DNA of 64,000 nt. It comes from Ascoidea asiatica JCM 7603 (taxonomy: Eukaryota > Fungi > Ascomycota). Every line of letters starts with the position of its first letter. Position 1 is the first letter of the stretch. The translations under genes and the position numbers were made by a program. The DNA lies in contig BCKQ01000003.1 of assembly GCA_001600695.1 (NCBI GenBank), positions 1,704,392-1,768,391 of the forward strand, read 5' to 3'. Positions 57,809 through 64,000 of this stretch are shown in pieces. The notes beneath the pieces were generated by a model. It saw nothing but the letters and a program-made list of their open reading frames with translations, was not told the origin of the DNA and did not search any database.

Positions 57809-59125
57809 ATGTCTGCTGGTGGAGATTCTTCTATTGCAGCTATCATTGATTCTTTAACTAATGGTGCTGCTCCTGGTACTGGTTCAAAACTTTTAGTTGA
57901 ACAATCAAATGCAATGTTTAATGGTAATGTACCACTTTATCTTAAACAATATGCTTTAGGTATTCAACATTCTGTTTTTGGTGGTTATGCAAGTGGAACA
58001 AAAGATAAAGTACCTTCTGCTATATTTTCTGCAATTTTTGGAATTTTCTTCTTAGTACATTTATTTATCTTTATTAAAAATTATTCAAGAGCTCATAAAT
58101 TTTATTATTCTTTAGGTTTATCTTTTTATTCTTTGATGAGATTTATTGGGTTTTTATTAAGAGCAATTTGGTCAAGAGATACTTTACAAGTTGAAGTTGG
58201 ATTAGCTTCAAACATTTTAATTGTTGTACCTTCAATAATTTTAGCTGGTTTAAATTTGGCTTTTGCTCAAAGAATTTTCACTTGGAGACATCCAAGAATT
58301 GGTGCTTCAAAACAATTTTGGGCAATAATGTTAACAATTTATTCAATTGTTGCTGGAGTTGTAGTTATGGCTATAATTGCAGATTCTATTATAATTTTAT
58401 ATTATCTTGGTGAATCTCATTTTAATATGTGTAAAAAAGTTGCAAGAGCTGCTTCTTTATTGGCTGTTTTATTTTCTGTAGCTGCATCAACTTTAATTAT
58501 TTTAGCTTATATGTTTAAACCTGGTTCAAAAAACAATGATTTATTAATTTATCAACCATGGTGGATTGAAAGTTTTAAACCAAGTTATTTTGTTAAAAAA
58601 AATTCAATTTTAAAAGCTGAACAAGTTTTCACTCAAAGTCCAAATTATGATTCTTCAAAACATATTGTTAGAGTTATTGCTTCTTCTTTACATCATTATA
58701 ATAAAATTGAAGATGTTGTTGGAACTGGTGAGGTTGGAACTTTAGAAAAACCGGTTTTATCTCATAATTGCTCAATTATATTAATTTCAATTACAACTCT
58801 TTTTCTTTTGATTGGTGCTTTATTTAGATGTGTTTCAACTTTTATTGATCAACAACTTGCTCATCAATCTTGGATTTATAAACCTGTTGTAATGTATATG
58901 ATGTATGGTGTTCTAGAAGTTTTAGTTAATATCCTGTATATCTTTTGGAGAGTTGATTTAAGATTTTATAAACCTGATAGATTACCAAAAAATTTTGTTT
59001 CAGGTTTTTCAAATTCACTTCATTCTGGTTCAACTTCAACCAATGAAAAAGAAATTAATGATGTTGATAATAATACCCAACCTATTGCTACAAATCCAAA
59101 CTCAAACCAAATCAATGATGTTTAG
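57809..59125 (+). CDS. Multi-pass membrane protein, DUF3112 (RTA1-related) family
   Basis: About 7 hydrophobic segments; GGYASGTKDKVPSAIF, AQRIFTWRHP and RVDLRFYKPD motifs. Confidence 0.7.
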   Translation: MSAGGDSSIAAIIDSLTNGAAPGTGSKLLVEQSNAMFNGNVPLYLKQYALGIQHSVFGGYASGTKDKVPSAIFSAIFGIFFLVHLFIFIKNYSRAHKFYYSLGLSFYSLMRFIGFLLRAIWSRDTLQVEVGLASNILIVVPSIILAGLNLAFAQRIFTWRHPRIGASKQFWAIMLTIYSIVAGVVVMAIIADSIIILYYLGESHFNMCKKVARAASLLAVLFSVAASTLIILAYMFKPGSKNNDLLIYQPWWIESFKPSYFVKKNSILKAEQVFTQSPNYDSSKHIVRVIASSLHHYNKIEDVVGTGEVGTLEKPVLSHNCSIILISITTLFLLIGALFRCVSTFIDQQLAHQSWIYKPVVMYMMYGVLEVLVNILYIFWRVDLRFYKPDRLPKNFVSGFSNSLHSGSTSTNEKEINDVDNNTQPIATNPNSNQINDV

Positions 59126-59381
59126 TTTAATTAAATATTCACTTAATTGATTTTTAGTTTATTTTTCAAGAAAAAAACATTTAATATCACACTTTTTTCA
59201 AATTTTAGTTAGTCTCTTTTACTTATAATTAGATAGTTAGTTAATAATGCTTAAATAAAAATTATTTTTTATTTTTTAACTGTCAATTTGATAACCAGAA
59301 AAACTAAATCGAATTCTGGAATAAGAGCAAAAAAAAATATTGTATTGATGAGATTATGTAAAAAATTTGAATATTTTTTCT

Positions 59382-61502
59382 CTACTCAACAACTCTTTGA
59401 ACTATAAACATTATAATTGGAGTTAAAATATTGTCATTTGCAGAACTTAAAGCTTCTAAAATTGCAGTTAAAGTTGAACTAATAAATAAACAACTTATTG
59501 ATTTATCATTTAATTCCGAAATTAAACCAGTTTGTTTTAAAGTTAATAAAGTTAAAAATGAAGAAAAAATAAAAGCAATTGAACCTTCAATAGTTTTATT
59601 TGATTTAAACCATTTGATTTCACCAATTTTTTTACCAATTATACTTGCAAAAGAATCACCTATACTTAAAGAAATTATACCAGAAATTGAATTATCTAAA
59701 TATAAAGGTAAAGAAACTCCAATTAATAAAAAAAAATAAGATATTATTATTGGACCTTTTTCATCTCTTTTATCAGTAAAATTATATAATAAATTATTTA
59801 AGAAAAACCCAAATGGAGGTAATTGAATAACTCTAATTAATTCAATTAATAAAAAAATTGTAAAAATTCCAGATAAAGCAATTTTAATAAATTGAATATC
59901 ATAATTATAAATTGGAATAATAATTAAAAAAATAAAAAAATGCCAAATTTTTCTTTTAAAATTTAAAGAAGATGAATAATTTAAATAATTTTTTTGTTTA
60001 ATTGAATTTAAAGTAATTAAATTTAATTTATAAATAAAATACATTATAAATGGTATTGAAATTATTGTTAATAAAGACCAATAAGTTAAAATATTAATTC
60101 TTGTTTTATTTGTAAAAATATAATAATATAACCAAATTAATGAAGTTATTTCACTATTTTTTGTATTATTTGATTGATTTTGAAAATGAAGTTTATAAAT
60201 ATTTGTATTAGGTAAATAATTTTTTAATTGAAAATTAATTAAATTATAAAAAGTTGAACAAAAAACCAAATATATTACAAATAAAATAATTTTTGAATAA
60301 ATTGAATTTGCATTTACAACTTTTTTATCATTATTTTTTAAAGTATCTGTATCTTCATCATTATCACTTGAATCATTATCTTTATCTGAATCATTATTTT
60401 CAATATTTGAAGAAGACAGAATAGAATTAATATATATTCTATAAATTGGATAAGATATTAAACAAGAACCAATGATTGAAAAGATTAATTTTTGTAATAA
60501 AATTAAAGAAAAATCTAAAGATAAATTTGAATTTAAATTTGTAATATTATTATTTAAATATTTTAAATCAACTAATAATAAATTCATGAAACAAGAAGTA
60601 AAAAAATTAATTTCTAAAGAAGTTAATGAATTCTTAGATATATTTTTAATTAATTTTGAAATATAATGATATAAAATTGGAATTGAGATATGAAAAATGA
60701 TTAATAAATTTGAATTATCTGAGATGAAATTATTTATAAAAATTTTATTTGAAACTAAAATTTTAGAATTATCAGTTTGTAATAAATATAAAGTTATGAA
60801 TATTTTTGGTAATAAATTTATATTTAAAGTCATAAAACAAAAAGATAAATTAATTAATAAATATTCAAATTTATTTAAAATTATACAAATTAAAATTGGT
60901 AAGAAAACAAAATAAATTAAGTTAAAATCAGGTAATAATTCTTTAATTATATCAGATGATGATTTTTGTTTTGTTTGTGAATCACTTTCATTTTCATTTT
61001 CATCTTCATTATCTTTATTTAAGTTTAAGGAAGTTAAAGCTCTTTTATAATGTACATAAATTTGAACAAATTGACAAATAAAAAAAGAGAATAACATTAT
61101 ACATAAATTCATAAATATTTCATTATCTAAATTGAAAAAAGAATGAAATTTTGGATTTAAATATGTTAAATAAATTATAAAAGCTAAAATTGAAAATTGA
61201 GAATAATTATTTGGATTTATTAATTCTATAATTGGTTTAATTAAATTGAATAAAAAAAATAATGGAGAACTTGGTTGAAATTGATCAATATTACTTTTCA
61301 TTTTATCTTTATTTTCATTTTCTTTGGCATCATCAATATCATTTAAATTGTTATCAGATTTATTATCTGAAGATGTAGTTTTTGAATTTAAACTTGAATT
61401 TGAATCAATTAAATTAGCTAAAGTATCAGGTTGAGTTTTATCTCTATGACTTGGAACACGAATCCCACTGGATTTTCCTTTCTTTGATTTCTTTGGAGCC
61501 AT
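59382..61502 (-). CDS. SEC59: Dolichol kinase
   Basis: SLNFKRKIWHF, FTDKRDEKGPIIISY, IGDSFASIIGK, KTIEGS and NDN motifs; polytopic membrane protein. Confidence 0.93.
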   Translation of the reverse strand: MAPKKSKKGKSSGIRVPSHRDKTQPDTLANLIDSNSSLNSKTTSSDNKSDNNLNDIDDAKENENKDKMKSNIDQFQPSSPLFFLFNLIKPIIELINPNNYSQFSILAFIIYLTYLNPKFHSFFNLDNEIFMNLCIMLFSFFICQFVQIYVHYKRALTSLNLNKDNEDENENESDSQTKQKSSSDIIKELLPDFNLIYFVFLPILICIILNKFEYLLINLSFCFMTLNINLLPKIFITLYLLQTDNSKILVSNKIFINNFISDNSNLLIIFHISIPILYHYISKLIKNISKNSLTSLEINFFTSCFMNLLLVDLKYLNNNITNLNSNLSLDFSLILLQKLIFSIIGSCLISYPIYRIYINSILSSSNIENNDSDKDNDSSDNDEDTDTLKNNDKKVVNANSIYSKIILFVIYLVFCSTFYNLINFQLKNYLPNTNIYKLHFQNQSNNTKNSEITSLIWLYYYIFTNKTRINILTYWSLLTIISIPFIMYFIYKLNLITLNSIKQKNYLNYSSSLNFKRKIWHFFIFLIIIPIYNYDIQFIKIALSGIFTIFLLIELIRVIQLPPFGFFLNNLLYNFTDKRDEKGPIIISYFFLLIGVSLPLYLDNSISGIISLSIGDSFASIIGKKIGEIKWFKSNKTIEGSIAFIFSSFLTLLTLKQTGLISELNDKSISCLFISSTLTAILEALSSANDNILTPIIMFIVQRVVE

Positions 61503-61882
61503 GTTTCTTGAGGATGAATAGGTATCTAGCGAATGAACTATCTCGAGAAAGATTCTTTCAATGAATATATCTTTTATCTTTATTTATATTGATCTTGTTT
61601 ATTTTTGATTATATTTCTTTTTTATAAAGCTCTCCAAGTGAAAATTAAAAAAGCTTTGTTTTGTTTCTATTATATTTCTTTTTGACAACAGAGAACTTCA
61701 AAACACGCCAGAATCAAACGTTTTCTTTCAGGCTCTGGACACGGCGCAGAGTCACAGGGACAGAAATGGAGTAAAACCAGGACAGACCTGAGCAAAAATA
61801 CCAGGGACAAAGATAACTATAATTTAGGTCATTTGCCCTATATTATTTGATATCTAGGACAGCAAAAATACGCTTATTACTA

Positions 61883-61908
61883 AATTATATTACTATTATT
61901 ATTATTAC

Positions 61909-61954
<46 letters not shown>

Positions 61955-61960
61955 TATTAT
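61883..61960. repeat. (TTA)n microsatellite
   Basis: Read directly; intergenic between SEC59 and the NAB2 3' end. Confidence 0.95.
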
Positions 61961-62290
61961 TCTAAATAAAAAAAAGCATTTTATTAATAAAAACAAAATG
62001 AAATAAAATAAAATAAAATAAAATTAGATAAAATTGAAGCAAAACAAAAAAAGTAATATATAAAATAGTATATAAAAAATCTTTTTGAAGAGATAAAAGT
62101 TTAAAAAAAAACAAAAAAAAATAGAGTAAATTACATTAGTAGTAAAAAAACAGATTCTACAGTTGATTTAATTAAAATAATGCAAAAAAATAACAAATTG
62201 ATGGATGAATTAGTGTATTAATGAATCAATTATAGATTATAAATTAAATTATAAATTAAATTATAAATTATATTATAAATTATATTATAA

Positions 62291-62420
62291 TCAAGCAACT
62301 TGAGGAGGAGCATCTTCCATAACTTCATCATCATTGACAGCAAACTTTCTTTCACTTGTTTCAATAGTTGATGGAACTTCATTATTTGTTGTTGAATTTT
62401 GTAAAATTTCAGATCCTGAT

Positions 62421-62466
<46 letters not shown>

Positions 62467-63240
62467 CATTTGATGAATCTATAGTTGATTTTTGATCTTT
62501 AACCCAAACAAGAGGTTTGTCAATTAATTTATCTCTACCTTCAGGATGTTGAAATAAACAATATTTATTTTTACAATTAATTGAAAATTTACAATCTTGA
62601 TTAATTGGATGAGTAAAATAACAATCAATTCTTTTACAATTTGAACCATCTCTACAATGTGTTGAAGTTGATGCATGTCTATATTTACAACGAGGATTTA
62701 AACAATTTGATCCAAATTTACATGCATCAAGAGATCTTTCACTTTCTATTGGATTATTATTATTAATATTATTATTATTATTATTAAGATTACTAAGATT
62801 ATTATTATTATTGAAAGGATATGCTCCAATAGGATTCATTGGATTCATTGGATTAATTCCATTCATTGGGCTCATAGGACTCATTGGATTAATTCCATTA
62901 TTAATTGGATTCATTAAATTTATTGGATTATTATTATTTTTTTGATTCATTTGATTTATTTGATTAATTAATTGATCATCTTCACCAGGATGTAAATAAT
63001 TACAAGTTCCTGGAGGATTTGAACAATTTGGAAATGCAAAACATAATTTAACAGGATGAGCAAAATTACATTCTTTATATGTACAATTTGGAAACTTTCT
63101 ACAACGAATTCTTTTTCTAAAGTATGGAGCATTTCCATTATTATTATTGTTATTATAATGGTTATTATTATTAGGTATACTGTCACCAGTAGTTGTACCA
63201 GTTTTAGCTACTTGACCTAGTATTTTCTGTAATGCGTTAA

Positions 63241-63274
<34 letters not shown>

Positions 63275-64000
63275 GATATTATTTGGCATATTAGATCTTT
63301 TAGATATACCTTTTGGATTATTAATAAATCTTGAATTTTTTCTATTATAATTATTATTATAATTATTCATATTATTATTACTATTATTACCTATGATATG
63401 ATTATTACGATTATTAAAAGTATTACGATTATTATAATTATTACCACGAATATTATTATTATTATTATTGTTATTGTTATTAAAGTTATTGTTAACGTTA
63501 TTATTATTGTTATTTAAAGTATTAAATTTATCATTTTTTGGACCAGTTGGAATATTTTCAAAATTTGGAATATTTGGTAAAGAATTGAAATTATTAGATA
63601 CGGGTCTTTCATCAGTAACAGTACTAACATTACTTATATTACTAAGATTATTGTTATCATTGTTATTATTTGAATTAGGTACCAAATCATTTTCAACTTC
63701 AATTTTTTCTTCTTGAATATTATTTATATCAGTTAATTGTTGAGGTTGAGATTGATTTTGATTTTGATTTTGATTTTGATTTTGAGAAAATTCAATCTTT
63801 AATTTTTTTAAAGTCTTAAAAATATTTTCAATAAAAGCTTCATTTAAAAGTGGAGTATTATCAAGTATACCAGTTAATTCACTTAAAATTTCTTTAACAT
63901 TTCTATCATTAGATATTAAAATAACTATAAATTCAGCAATATCATCTGCATCATTTCCAACCATTTCAAATTCACTTAAAGCAGTTGAAACTGAATGTTT
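62291..64000 (-). CDS. NAB2: Nuclear poly(A)-binding CCCH zinc-finger protein Nab2; start lies beyond the window
   Basis: Frame is open to 64000 (KHSVSTALSEFEMVGNDADDIAEFIVILISN, PWI-like); five CCCH fingers; TSERKFAV tail. Confidence 0.9.

Overview
This is a eukaryotic window from a very AT-rich budding yeast (Saccharomycotina), with Asn-rich proteins and few introns. It holds about 23 protein-coding genes. In order: a coiled-coil/TBC-like ORF running off the left edge (absent from the ORF track), YCF1, FDH1, a DUF1769 protein, PPN2, YBP1/2, RRD1, RAD6 (1 intron), a dual-specificity-phosphatase-like ORF with no catalytic motif, FUB1/PI31, ISW1, VAC8, a 2OG-Fe(II) oxygenase, a ROG1-like DUF676 lipase, an unusually long La-motif/RRM protein, APL3 (1 intron), the PLP-homeostasis protein (YBL036C-like), VPS70, SLC1, an Asn-rich possible MSA1/2-like regulator, a DUF3112 membrane protein, SEC59 and NAB2 (start beyond the right edge). 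I recognised no tRNA, rRNA, transposon or CRISPR array. The most interesting signals are: (1) an 802-aa La protein with long RGG/RGPP extensions, which synteny suggests is the LHP1 orthologue; (2) CTG codons that are rare and fall mostly in Ser-rich disordered linkers, suggesting CUG reassignment; (3) both introns using a TACTAAT branch point; (4) sharp base-composition switches inside genes plus GC/CpG-rich promoter islands; (5) two candidate pseudoenzymes. All gene names come from motif recognition, not database searches. I found no evidence for a multi-gene novel system.
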